Part shown: positions 39,451 to 47,763 of the stretch, piece after piece | How the letters are laid out: each line of letters starts with the position of its first letter | How positions within the stretch are numbered: the stretch's first letter is position 1 | Notes under the pieces: model-generated | What the model was told of the DNA's origin: nothing | Seen by the model: the letters and a program-made list of their open reading frames with translations, nothing else | Database searches by the model: none | Assembly (NCBI GenBank): GCA_026396015.1 | Contig: JAPLXP010000002.1 | Location: 5,502-69,501, forward strand | Source: Candidatus Nomurabacteria bacterium | Lineage (GTDB): Bacteria; Patescibacteriota; Minisyncoccia; Phycocordibacterales; UBA9973 | Reading direction: 5' to 3' | Length of the DNA: 64,000 nt | Made by a program: the position numbers and the translations under genes

Positions 39451-39921
39451 TTACCAAGCAAAGTGAGCGAACGCTTTGTTTGATTCTGCCATCTTGTGAG
39501 TATCATCACGCTTCTTGATAGCGATACCTTCGTTCTTTGAAGCAAGGATTATTTCTTCAGCTAGCTTTTCAGCCATTGGAGCTCCTTTCTTTCCACGAGC
39601 AGCATCGATGATCCATCTCATAGCTAGTGATGTTCGGCGGTCTGGGCGTACTTCACGAGGAACCTGGTAGTTTGCACCACCGATACGACGTGAGCGAACC
39701 TCAACTAGAGGACCTGCATTTTTGATTGCAGTGTCGAACACTTCTAGAGGATTTGGATTACCAGTCTTTTCTTTGATGATATCAAAGGCACCGTATACAA
39801 TCTTTCTTGAAGTCTCCTTCTTTCCGTCCCACATAACATTGTTTATGAACTTTCCAAGCTTTTGGGAGTTATAAACGATATCTGGTTCAACAATATTTCG
39901 ATTTTTTACTTTTCTTCGCAT
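39451..39921 (-). CDS. rpsG: 30S ribosomal protein S7
   Basis: Full-length S7 with a conserved C-terminus. Confidence 0.95.
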   Translation of the reverse strand: MRRKVKNRNIVEPDIVYNSQKLGKFINNVMWDGKKETSRKIVYGAFDIIKEKTGNPNPLEVFDTAIKNAGPLVEVRSRRIGGANYQVPREVRPDRRTSLAMRWIIDAARGKKGAPMAEKLAEEIILASKNEGIAIKKRDDTHKMAESNKAFAHFAW

Positions 39922-39926
39922 AAATT

Positions 39927-40355
39927 TTATTTCTTAGCTGCAGCGGCTTTCGGACGCTTGTTACCATACTTACTTCTTGCTTTTCGACGCTTTTCAACAC
40001 CAGTAGCATCTAGACGTCCACGAACTATGTGATAACGTACTCCGATCAAGTCCTTTACACGACCACCACGTAGCATAACTACAGAGTGTTCCTGGAGGTT
40101 GTGACCTTCACCTGGGATATAAGCTGTAACTTCCATACCATTTGTAAGACGTACACGAGCGATCTTTCGGAGAGCTGAGTTAGGCTTCTTTGGAGTAGTT
40201 GTTGTAACTTTTGTACAAACACCACGCTTGAATGGAGCTGGATAATAAACAGGCTTGTTTTTAAGCGAGTTGAAACCGCGTGCGAGAGCAACGGCCTTTG
40301 ATTTTCTTTTTATTATTGTACGGCTCTTGCGAACCAATTGATTCATTGTAGGCAT
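39927..40355 (-). CDS. rpsL: 30S ribosomal protein S12
   Basis: [10 protein letters not shown] start and [10 protein letters not shown] region. Confidence 0.95.
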   Translation of the reverse strand: MPTMNQLVRKSRTIIKRKSKAVALARGFNSLKNKPVYYPAPFKRGVCTKVTTTTPKKPNSALRKIARVRLTNGMEVTAYIPGEGHNLQEHSVVMLRGGRVKDLIGVRYHIVRGRLDATGVEKRRKARSKYGNKRPKAAAAKK

Positions 40356-40408
40356 ATATTTAAAAATAGGTCGTAAAGACCAGTACGAGTACTTTACTAT
40401 ATACCAAT

Positions 40409-40446
40409 AAAAAAAGCAAGCCTGTATCGACAGGCCTGCTTTTTAC
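40409..40446 (-). terminator. terminator after the DoxX gene
   Basis: GCAGGCCTGT-CGAT-ACAGGCTTGC hairpin plus U-run on the minus-strand transcript. Confidence 0.55.
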
Positions 40447-40458
40447 ATCTACAAATAG

Positions 40459-40875
40459 CTATTGGATCGTACTTGTTTCCTCACTTATGAACTCATCTAC
40501 TGAAAATGGACCAGCTCCGAGTAGTGATATTGCGAATGTAGCACCTGCTAGTCCTATATCTCTCACACCAGTAGGATCTATGCCTATAGATGCAGCTATA
40601 CCAAACAAATGCAGAGCCAGCAATAATGCTACAGGTCGCACATATGCACCCAGCACTAGCAATACAGCACTGATAATCTCGAACCATCCATTGAGTAATA
40701 CAAATTTGTATTCTGATATAGGTAGACTCCCTACCCAACTTGGTAAGTAGCTCGTCCACATACTAGCATTCCCTAATTGAGCAAAACCAAAGTAGAAAAA
40801 CACAAATGCAAACACTAGACGTAGAATAACAGGAGCACTAGCTTTTGCAATTAAATTTAATTTAGAATTTTCCAT
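40459..40875 (-). CDS. DoxX-family membrane protein
   Basis: Four-TM DoxX profile. Confidence 0.7.
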   Translation of the reverse strand: MENSKLNLIAKASAPVILRLVFAFVFFYFGFAQLGNASMWTSYLPSWVGSLPISEYKFVLLNGWFEIISAVLLVLGAYVRPVALLLALHLFGIAASIGIDPTGVRDIGLAGATFAISLLGAGPFSVDEFISEETSTIQ

Positions 40876-40878
40876 ATA

Positions 40879-41376
40879 TTAATTCGTGAGATTTCCTATT
40901 TTAAAACTTGCGAGTTCTGACGCTGGACGACGCTGACCACCATGCTGACCATTGAATGCATCTGACCCATCAATACCACAAAGAGAAAGGATTGCTCTTG
41001 ATCCTCCTGGGTGCTGACTGATAAATGAAGTCACGTCGTACACATTGCCATTCACAGCCGTCCAACAAGATGAAGCAGAGGCGTGCTTTGCAACATCATC
41101 CAATGTGTATCCTGACTTTACAACTGGAGCTGGAGTAGGCTTTGGTGTCGGTGTCGGTGTTTTTGGAGTATTAGTAGCTGGGGTATTAGAAGCCGGTACA
41201 TTATTCACCACAGGGACATTGGATGCCGGAGTAACACTTGAATTAACAACATCAATATTTTTGTATTGGTTATTAAAATTACCGCCCTTAGATGCGGGGT
41301 CTGACTTTAATAAAATAACACCACCTCCAATAATAAATATCGCAATAGCGACTAAACCAATCATTTTTTTATTCAT
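40879..41376 (-). CDS. membrane-anchored cytochrome b5-like heme/steroid-binding domain protein with a Pro/Thr-rich linker
   Basis: C-terminal domain HASASSCWTAVNGNVYDVTSFISQHPGG...GQHGG matches the cyt-b5 fold signature. Confidence 0.7.
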   Translation of the reverse strand: MNKKMIGLVAIAIFIIGGGVILLKSDPASKGGNFNNQYKNIDVVNSSVTPASNVPVVNNVPASNTPATNTPKTPTPTPKPTPAPVVKSGYTLDDVAKHASASSCWTAVNGNVYDVTSFISQHPGGSRAILSLCGIDGSDAFNGQHGGQRRPASELASFKIGNLTN

Positions 41377-41452
41377 AAATATATTATATCTTAATATCTT
41401 AAATTTTAATCAGTAACACAACTATATATACGTATTCAACTACCTTTTGGTG

Positions 41453-43192
41453 CTATTTTTCTAGGAATAGTCGAGCGAGGCGAAGAGTGTCATAGGAATG
41501 CTTGCCATCAAAATGCTCAAATACTGCGGACAGTGATCTGGTGTCTAGTTTATGGAATGCTTTATGAATAGCAGGTAGTGCCTTCTCTGTTTTCTTATCT
41601 AAAATTCTAGACAGTGCTCCGACAGGAATTTTCTCTTCTACCACTAGCTCCTCGATGTGTGTAAATATTGTACTCTCTTTTAATTTACGGATCTTTGCTA
41701 TCTCTACGATATCCTTTCCTTCATTCCACATATCTAGAGTCAATTCTTTTGTATCTACTTTTACGACTTTTTTCTCTTTAGCCTTTTTCTGAAAGTCAGA
41801 GCTCGGGTTCACTACCCCTCCTGATGCACGGATAAAATTGTCATGCATTTTTTGCAATTCTTTTTTATCTAATTTTGTAAATTCTATTTCTGCAGCACTT
41901 GATTGCTCTTTGAAGATTTGATCTTGGGAGAATATTTGTGGGTGAACTTCAAAAGCTCTCCTATTCCATCCGAGGAGATGTAGGCCTGAGAGTCGACGCA
42001 CACGAGATAGCGCCACATACCCCTGACCGTATTCAAATACATCAGACAGATCCATCACCGCCTCATCCAGACTCATACCCTGACTCTTGTGAACAGTGAT
42101 AGCCCATGCGAGGCGCAATGGAATCTGCGATATACTTGCACGTACTTTTCCATTCTCTTCGAGCGCCCACTCTGCAGGCTCGACTGTGAATTTCCTACCA
42201 TTACGATTCTCTACTATCGGATATCGAGTCCCCGATGCAAAGCCGACGATAGTGCCGAGTGTGCCATTCACATAGCCTTCCTTTTGATTGTTCTTTGTAC
42301 ACATAACCTCGGCCCCGAGCTTGAGCACTAGTGTATCCGGAGAGAGGCACCCCTTCTTCAATGTCTCTACGATAATATCTCGCCCTGTACCTACCATACG
42401 ATAGAATTCTTTTTCTTCTTTTATTTTCTCGAGCATTGCACTGTTTACACTATCCACATCTACATTACGAGAAAAAAGTTTTAGCATTTTATTTGAAGTC
42501 TTACCCACCTCTACCCTACGGGCCTCGAGGTGCTCGAACATGTCTTCGTCAAAAGTATTGGATCGAATAGAAGAAAGTATAGATAGGAATACATCGTCAT
42601 CCTGACGATACTGCTCGGACAAGTAGCAAGTGATCGGATGCGCTCTCTCCCAAGAGCTTGCCTCGTATGCAAATATCCCCAGTGGCTTCGCCTCAAATAA
42701 TGCATCCTGATTATAATCATCCTCTGGTACTTTTATATTTGTGATATCTCTCTTTGTAATAGGTGGGAGCTGGAAAAAATCTCCGACGAATATTACCTGC
42801 AATCCACCAAAAGCCTCGGTACTACGCCGCACCTCCCTACACACTGCATCTACCATATCGATAGTATTGGGTCCGAGCATGGACACCTCATCTATCACGA
42901 GGACTTTTGCTTTTGCTACACGACGAGTGACATATTCACTAGTAGATATTTTATCCAGATCATATTTAGTCAGAGTTTTACGAATACCAATACCACTCCA
43001 TGAATGGATAGTCATCCCTCCGATATGCGTGGCTGCGATACCAGTCGATGCAGTGATAGCCACCTCTACCCCACAAGATCGCAAATAAGACACATACTCA
43101 TTTATCGTATGTGTCTTCCCAGCCCCAGGCTCCCCTGTCAGGAAAACATTGGCACCAGTCCGCAATATTTGCAATGCCTCACTTTGAATCAT
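41453..43192 (-). CDS. PIF1/RecD-family ATP-dependent DNA helicase with a C-terminal HTH-like extension
   Basis: Walker A GEPGAGKTH, VLVIDEVSMLG, Pif1-type FVGDFFQLPPI, and later helicase motifs. Confidence 0.8.
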   Translation of the reverse strand: MIQSEALQILRTGANVFLTGEPGAGKTHTINEYVSYLRSCGVEVAITASTGIAATHIGGMTIHSWSGIGIRKTLTKYDLDKISTSEYVTRRVAKAKVLVIDEVSMLGPNTIDMVDAVCREVRRSTEAFGGLQVIFVGDFFQLPPITKRDITNIKVPEDDYNQDALFEAKPLGIFAYEASSWERAHPITCYLSEQYRQDDDVFLSILSSIRSNTFDEDMFEHLEARRVEVGKTSNKMLKLFSRNVDVDSVNSAMLEKIKEEKEFYRMVGTGRDIIVETLKKGCLSPDTLVLKLGAEVMCTKNNQKEGYVNGTLGTIVGFASGTRYPIVENRNGRKFTVEPAEWALEENGKVRASISQIPLRLAWAITVHKSQGMSLDEAVMDLSDVFEYGQGYVALSRVRRLSGLHLLGWNRRAFEVHPQIFSQDQIFKEQSSAAEIEFTKLDKKELQKMHDNFIRASGGVVNPSSDFQKKAKEKKVVKVDTKELTLDMWNEGKDIVEIAKIRKLKESTIFTHIEELVVEEKIPVGALSRILDKKTEKALPAIHKAFHKLDTRSLSAVFEHFDGKHSYDTLRLARLFLEK

Positions 43193-43238
43193 TCTACTAG
43201 TATAGCAAATAAAAACCCTCCTGTTTGGAGGATTTTTA

Positions 43239-43656
43239 TTAATCTACAAAAATTATTTTATTTATAAATGCAGGGATTATTTTAGCATGACCGATAAAAA
43301 TATTTGAGGGCAGGCTGTCAAACGGAAAAAATTTCCATTCATAGCATTTCTCAGGTTCTACTAGTGTCGGCTCACCCACTACGTTTGATGCTAAAAAATT
43401 CAGATGAATATAATGTACATTTTCCATTGGATCATTCACAACATTTGAGAATTCTAGGTCAGCGACTAGGCCAGTCTCCTCAAATAGTTCCCTTTTGGCC
43501 CCCGAGATAGCAGACTCACCAAATTCAAGATGGCCACCAGGCAGACCCCAGTCTCCAGTCTCCATCGCCTGCAGTGTTGCGTCGTTGCCCGAGCAATAAC
43601 ATTTTGTCTTTTACAACAATCACATTCACCCCTACCTTTGGCCTTTGTTTATCCAT
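43239..43656 (-). pseudogene. NUDIX hydrolase gene disrupted by a +7 frameshift near codon 33
   Basis: Frame 1 from the ATG at 43656 reads MDKQRPKVGVNVIVVKDKMLLLGQRRNTAGDGDW and then stops. The Nudix box (GGHLEFGESAISGAKRELFEETGL) continues in the +1 frame; removing one copy of the tandem repeat restores a 139-aa protein. Confidence 0.8.
43551..43564. repeat. 7-bp perfect tandem duplication GTCTCCA-GTCTCCA (minus strand TGGAGAC x2) causing the NUDIX frameshift
   Basis: Read directly from the sequence. Confidence 0.9.
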
Positions 43657-43703
43657 ATATAAATTATATCACGTAGATAAAAAAAATATGATATTATAAA
43701 TGT

Positions 43704-44132
43704 ATGGAAAAATCACTATTCATGATCAAACCAGAAGGAATGAATCACAAGGAAGAAATTATGTCTTTCATCGAAAAGAATGGCCTAAAAATTACAAAGT
43801 GGAGAACTATGATACTAGATGAGGATCAGCTTAAGAAAATTTATCACGATACAGATGGGTATCTTTGGGATAAGACAAGGGAGCATTTTCTGGGTAAGGA
43901 GGTACTAGCTGCTGAAGTAGAAGATCCTGAAGCCATAGAAAAATTAAAGACTATCTGTGGTTCAAAGACCGACCCAGTGATGTGTGAAGCCAATTCTATT
44001 AGAAAATATTTTAAAGATATTACAGAAAGAGATGTATCCAAATATCACAAAAATATAATTCATAGAGCTGTGGACGAAAAAGAAGTTGAAGACCAGACAC
44101 TCATTTTCTTCCCTCCTGGAAGAGATATATAA
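43704..44132 (+). CDS. divergent nucleoside-diphosphate-kinase-like protein
   Basis: MIKPEG (compare NDK MIKPDG) and NIIHRA (compare the NDK active-site NIIHGSD); otherwise poorly conserved. Confidence 0.5.
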   Translation: MEKSLFMIKPEGMNHKEEIMSFIEKNGLKITKWRTMILDEDQLKKIYHDTDGYLWDKTREHFLGKEVLAAEVEDPEAIEKLKTICGSKTDPVMCEANSIRKYFKDITERDVSKYHKNIIHRAVDEKEVEDQTLIFFPPGRDI

Positions 44133-44134
44133 TA

Positions 44135-44161
44135 AAAAAGCCTCCGCAACGGAGGCTTTTA
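44135..44161. terminator. bidirectional terminator between the ndk-like and CDPS genes
   Basis: GCCTCCG-CAAC-GGAGGC hairpin flanked by A-runs and T-runs. Confidence 0.6.
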
Positions 44162-44164
44162 AAT

Positions 44165-44821
44165 TTAAATTGCTGTAATAAATCCAAAACCGCGACTGAA
44201 TTTAAAATCATAAAAATCGCTCAAGATATATCTGATGATGCAAATATCCCTGTGATACACATAAGCCATTTTTTCTTTTTCAAAAATACGATCTGCATGA
44301 GATATAAAAGCCAATTCTTTCAATAAGAATTGAATACCTATTTCTACTGCTTCCCCACTCGGAGCCAATACCCCATTAGACAACAGAACTTCGATAGTTG
44401 TTGTCCTCACTGCATTCATAAAATTCTCATCTGATTGATATGCATTCCTTAAATCAAATAGTGCCTCTGTATAATAAATATTGGAATTGAAATTCTTCCA
44501 ACGCAACACCCTAACAGAAGTGGCGACATCAAGAGATTCAATAATCTGATTGCATTTGTTTTCTAAAGCATTGGATTTCTTTTTCGATTTCCTTTCTGCT
44601 TCTTTTTCTGTGTACCCTAGTGCCATCATCGTATGGACTGCTGGCTCGTCGGGTATCATAATATAAACAGAATTCGACCTCTTTGAGGCCCAAGATATTA
44701 GCCTGATTAAATTCTCATCTTTAAAGTAGCTGTTGTTGATACTTACACCGATAATGAGTGCTGTGTCCCTATTGGCTAGGGCTTCTTCGTTCAGAGACGA
44801 ATCTTTGATTTGTATTTCCAT
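44165..44821 (-). CDS. tRNA-dependent cyclodipeptide synthase (CDPS), NYH subfamily
   Basis: ALIIGVSINNSYF (compare AlbC ALIGISAGNSYF and YvmC VLVGISPFNSRF) with conserved Ser and Asn. YTEKEAERKSKK segment parallels YvmC. LLKELAF (the catalytic-Glu region Y..AE.P.F). VYHRD (Tyr-His of the NYH type). Length 218 aa, monocistronic. Confidence 0.8.
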   Translation of the reverse strand: MEIQIKDSSLNEEALANRDTALIIGVSINNSYFKDENLIRLISWASKRSNSVYIMIPDEPAVHTMMALGYTEKEAERKSKKKSNALENKCNQIIESLDVATSVRVLRWKNFNSNIYYTEALFDLRNAYQSDENFMNAVRTTTIEVLLSNGVLAPSGEAVEIGIQFLLKELAFISHADRIFEKEKMAYVYHRDICIIRYILSDFYDFKFSRGFGFITAI

Positions 44822-44854
44822 ATTTTTGTATTTAGTTTTTGAAAGATGTTTTAA

Positions 44855-44882
44855 CTATTTGAAACCGTGCGGTTTCAAATAG
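44855..44882. promoter_or_regulatory. palindrome P1, CTATTTGAAACCGTGCGGTTTCAAATAG, in the divergent CDPS/wHTH promoter region
   Basis: Perfect 13-bp arms around a single central G; 34 bp upstream of the CDPS start codon. Shares an 18-bp core with P2 at 45857-45888. Confidence 0.6.
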
Positions 44883-45003
44883 TTTGATTTATTGTTTTTG
44901 TTTTATTTAAAAGAATCATAATCTGCATATTTGACAATGTATATTTTATGTGGTTATTTAATATAATAGTGTCAAAAAATGACACTTGTGATATACTATA
45001 GAA

Positions 45004-45852
45004 ATGTTACTTTCACTTCATTCTGAAGAAAAAATTGAAGAGACTATTGTAGAGATATTACACAAGGGTGGGCAGACAGGCCCTACCCTACTTGAGAGTG
45101 TCAGAGTAAAGGATAATAAAATTTCAAAGGAAACTTTTTATAGAGTGATACGTAGATTATTGAAAGAAGAAGTTTTAAATAAAAATAAAAGCATCTATCA
45201 ACTCAATAGATACTGGCTACAACGAATATACCAATTCGGAAAAAAGCATATTAAAGAAGAAGTTGTCACAGACAATGACCACATCCTATCTTTCAAGGAC
45301 GGAGACAAAATCAGATACAAGTTCAAAAATCCCAATACTATGGGTATATACTGGACTCATATATACGATATGGTTTATGAAAATCATGACCCAAAGATTC
45401 CCATACTTGTATTCCACCCTCATGAATGGCTGATCTATACTCGAGTAAAATCTGAATTATTTTTCTTGAGTAAATTTAAAGATGAGAAAAAACTAGCATT
45501 ATTCTCTATCGGAGGAAATACACCCCTAGATAAAAAATTTAAAAATGATTGGAATGATGAATATATACAGATAAGTACTGGGACCAGTCATGGATTCAAA
45601 AAGACTGAATACATAAATATCTTAGGCGACTATATATTCAAGATCACAGTTAGTAAAAAATGGAGTGATGATATAGAAAAATTCTTTAACACTCACACAG
45701 AGATGGATAGTAAATCTCAGGCAGAGCTTTCAAAGCTCTGCAATAGAAATGATGAAGTACGGATGCTATTCACTAGATCAAAAAAGGAGGCAGACAAATG
45801 GCGAACAAAATATAAAAAACATTTCTATATACCAAAAGGATACACAAAATAA
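45004..45852 (+). CDS. hypothetical protein with an N-terminal winged-helix-like DNA-binding domain (candidate regulator)
   Basis: N-terminus TIVEILHKGGQTGPTLLESVRVKDNKISKETFYRVIRRLLKEEVL resembles a wHTH; remainder unknown. A TTGACA -35 box and a GTGTCA-N5-TGACAC palindrome lie just upstream. Confidence 0.5.
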   Translation: MLLSLHSEEKIEETIVEILHKGGQTGPTLLESVRVKDNKISKETFYRVIRRLLKEEVLNKNKSIYQLNRYWLQRIYQFGKKHIKEEVVTDNDHILSFKDGDKIRYKFKNPNTMGIYWTHIYDMVYENHDPKIPILVFHPHEWLIYTRVKSELFFLSKFKDEKKLALFSIGGNTPLDKKFKNDWNDEYIQISTGTSHGFKKTEYINILGDYIFKITVSKKWSDDIEKFFNTHTEMDSKSQAELSKLCNRNDEVRMLFTRSKKEADKWRTKYKKHFYIPKGYTK

Positions 45853-45856
45853 AAAA

Positions 45857-45888
45857 TTACATCTAAAACCGTACGGTTTTAGATGTAA
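45857..45888. terminator. palindrome P2, ACATCTAAAACCGTACGGTTTTAGATGT, acting as a bidirectional terminator; sister of P1
   Basis: Flanked by an A-run upstream and a T-run downstream, between convergent genes. Core TAAAACCGTACGGTTTTA versus TGAAACCGTGCGGTTTCA in P1. Confidence 0.65.
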
Positions 45889-45892
45889 TTTT

Positions 45893-46795
45893 TTATTTTA
45901 ATAAATTTAAAGTTCTTTCTTTTATGGATTCATACTTATCCTTTTGCTCCGAGTAGGCATAAAAGGCGAGCGAACCTAATCCTATTCGGAGTTTGTAGCA
46001 GAGTAGGCGCTCTTCGAAATTTTCTAAATTCATGTCTCTATAAGCTTGCTCTGCATTTTTATTTGGGTCATTTTTTATTGACCAAAAGGATAACCATGCG
46101 ACATCATAAATAAAATCTCCATACATAGATTCACCCCAATCTAGGATTCCGGTAATTTTTCCATTGTTCGAGACTACATTATTTGATCCATAATCCGAAT
46201 GAATAAGAAATCTCTCCTCTGGGCAGAATTCCACCAGTTCTTCTATTTTAGAATAAATTTTATCCCACACATCTTTTTCCAAAAAAGATGTGTTAAATAA
46301 TTCATCTTTATTAATATGAGTTCCTACGGCCAAAATAAAATCTTTCCAACTTTCAGACTCCCCTAGACCATCCTTGTTCCATTTCCCAAAACCATTTGAA
46401 TCGCTTATATCTATAGAATTTATTTCTCCCAAGATAGAGATCAGCTCTGGAAGAATTTTCTGATATTCCTCTTCAGGTAGAAGATTGATGGTCTGCCCTA
46501 GAGCTCTCTTGGAAATACAAACATAATGTATATCATCCAATTTGACAGTCTCTATTATTTCGGGAATTGGTAAATCTTTTTTGGTAAAATATTTTGAAGC
46601 ATATTCATCTTTATAAAAACTACGAGCACCTTTATTCACCCGAGCCACCAAATCCAGCCCTTTTGAGTTAAAAGCAAAAGCCTGTGAAGACTCCCCGCCT
46701 TTGAGAAATTCCAATTCTTTTATTTCTGGATCAAAATTTTCTCTCAAAAATGAAAGAACTAGATCCTGATCAATTTTTGTTTTTACTGTAGACAT
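45893..46795 (-). CDS. aminoglycoside phosphotransferase (APH)/choline-kinase-like small-molecule kinase
   Basis: Brenner motif HSDYGSNNV (HxDxxxxN) and ILDWGESMYGD (DWG/DxG region). Confidence 0.7.
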   Translation of the reverse strand: MSTVKTKIDQDLVLSFLRENFDPEIKELEFLKGGESSQAFAFNSKGLDLVARVNKGARSFYKDEYASKYFTKKDLPIPEIIETVKLDDIHYVCISKRALGQTINLLPEEEYQKILPELISILGEINSIDISDSNGFGKWNKDGLGESESWKDFILAVGTHINKDELFNTSFLEKDVWDKIYSKIEELVEFCPEERFLIHSDYGSNNVVSNNGKITGILDWGESMYGDFIYDVAWLSFWSIKNDPNKNAEQAYRDMNLENFEERLLCYKLRIGLGSLAFYAYSEQKDKYESIKERTLNLLK

Positions 46796-46802
46796 ATTAT
46801 TT

Positions 46803-47378
46803 CTATACTAATATCCCAAAAGATTTTAATTCTTCAACAACGTCAGATACTGGTAGACCGATTATATTGTCCATGTCGCCTTCGGTACGGTCGATGAATT
46901 TTGCACCGATTAGTTGGATTGCGTATCCACCGGCTTTTTCTAGTGGCTCTCCTGTGGCTATATATTCATGAATTTCTTCGTCAGTCATTTCTTTGAAAAA
47001 TACTTTTGATTCTACTGATTTTGAAATACTCTGATTTGTGTCTGTATCAATAATAGTGAATCCTGTGATCACATAGTGCATATTTCCCGAGAGCATTTTT
47101 AGCATTTCGTAGGCACGCTCTGGTGTATGAGGTTTGCCGAGGACCTTGTCCTCAAAAGCTAGAAATGTATCCCCTGAGATAATTATTGAATTTGGAAAAT
47201 CAGATACGAGCGATTCTGCCTTCCCTCTGGATAGGAATTGTGCCAAATCATGTGGACTCATGGGTAGAGTCATGTCCTCTTCGTATTTACCTGGGACGAC
47301 CTCGAAAGGTAGACCTGTCTTTGATAGGATCTCTTTTCTGCGTGGTGATGTAGATGCTAGTATAATTCTCTTGCTCAT
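46803..47378 (-). CDS. maf: Maf-family nucleoside triphosphate pyrophosphatase
   Basis: IILASTSPRRKEIL N-terminus and Maf-fold conservation. Confidence 0.85.
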   Translation of the reverse strand: MSKRIILASTSPRRKEILSKTGLPFEVVPGKYEEDMTLPMSPHDLAQFLSRGKAESLVSDFPNSIIISGDTFLAFEDKVLGKPHTPERAYEMLKMLSGNMHYVITGFTIIDTDTNQSISKSVESKVFFKEMTDEEIHEYIATGEPLEKAGGYAIQLIGAKFIDRTEGDMDNIIGLPVSDVVEELKSFGILV

Positions 47379-47419
47379 ATATTTATATATACTATCATTT
47401 TCTTAAATTGCAATAAATT

Positions 47420-47758
47420 TTAGAACAACACCAGCCCTAACAATATTGAGCAGATATTTGCAACCAGCGACACAAATAATGACTGGCTAAATTTAAGATT
47501 GAGTAACCTCCAATATATTACTGCCTCAGATATAAAGATAATCAATTCCCCACCGATCAGATAAGACAGCCGATGAGAAAAATATACAGGAAAGATAAAC
47601 CAAAAATAAGGAAGTGTCAGGGTTGAGGCTAGGATTCCAACAAAGATTATATTTTTATTAATAATCTTGTATCTAAACTTACAAATAAAATACAAGATGG
47701 GTACCTCTACTGCAAGTGTCGTAGTCAGGGCTAATAAAAATTTTATTTCATAAATCAT
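47420..47758 (-). CDS. small hypothetical membrane protein (112 aa, 3-4 TM)
   Basis: Hydrophobic ORF in an operon position. Confidence 0.45.
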   Translation of the reverse strand: MIYEIKFLLALTTTLAVEVPILYFICKFRYKIINKNIIFVGILASTLTLPYFWFIFPVYFSHRLSYLIGGELIIFISEAVIYWRLLNLKFSQSLFVSLVANICSILLGLVLF

Positions 47759-47763
47759 AAATA

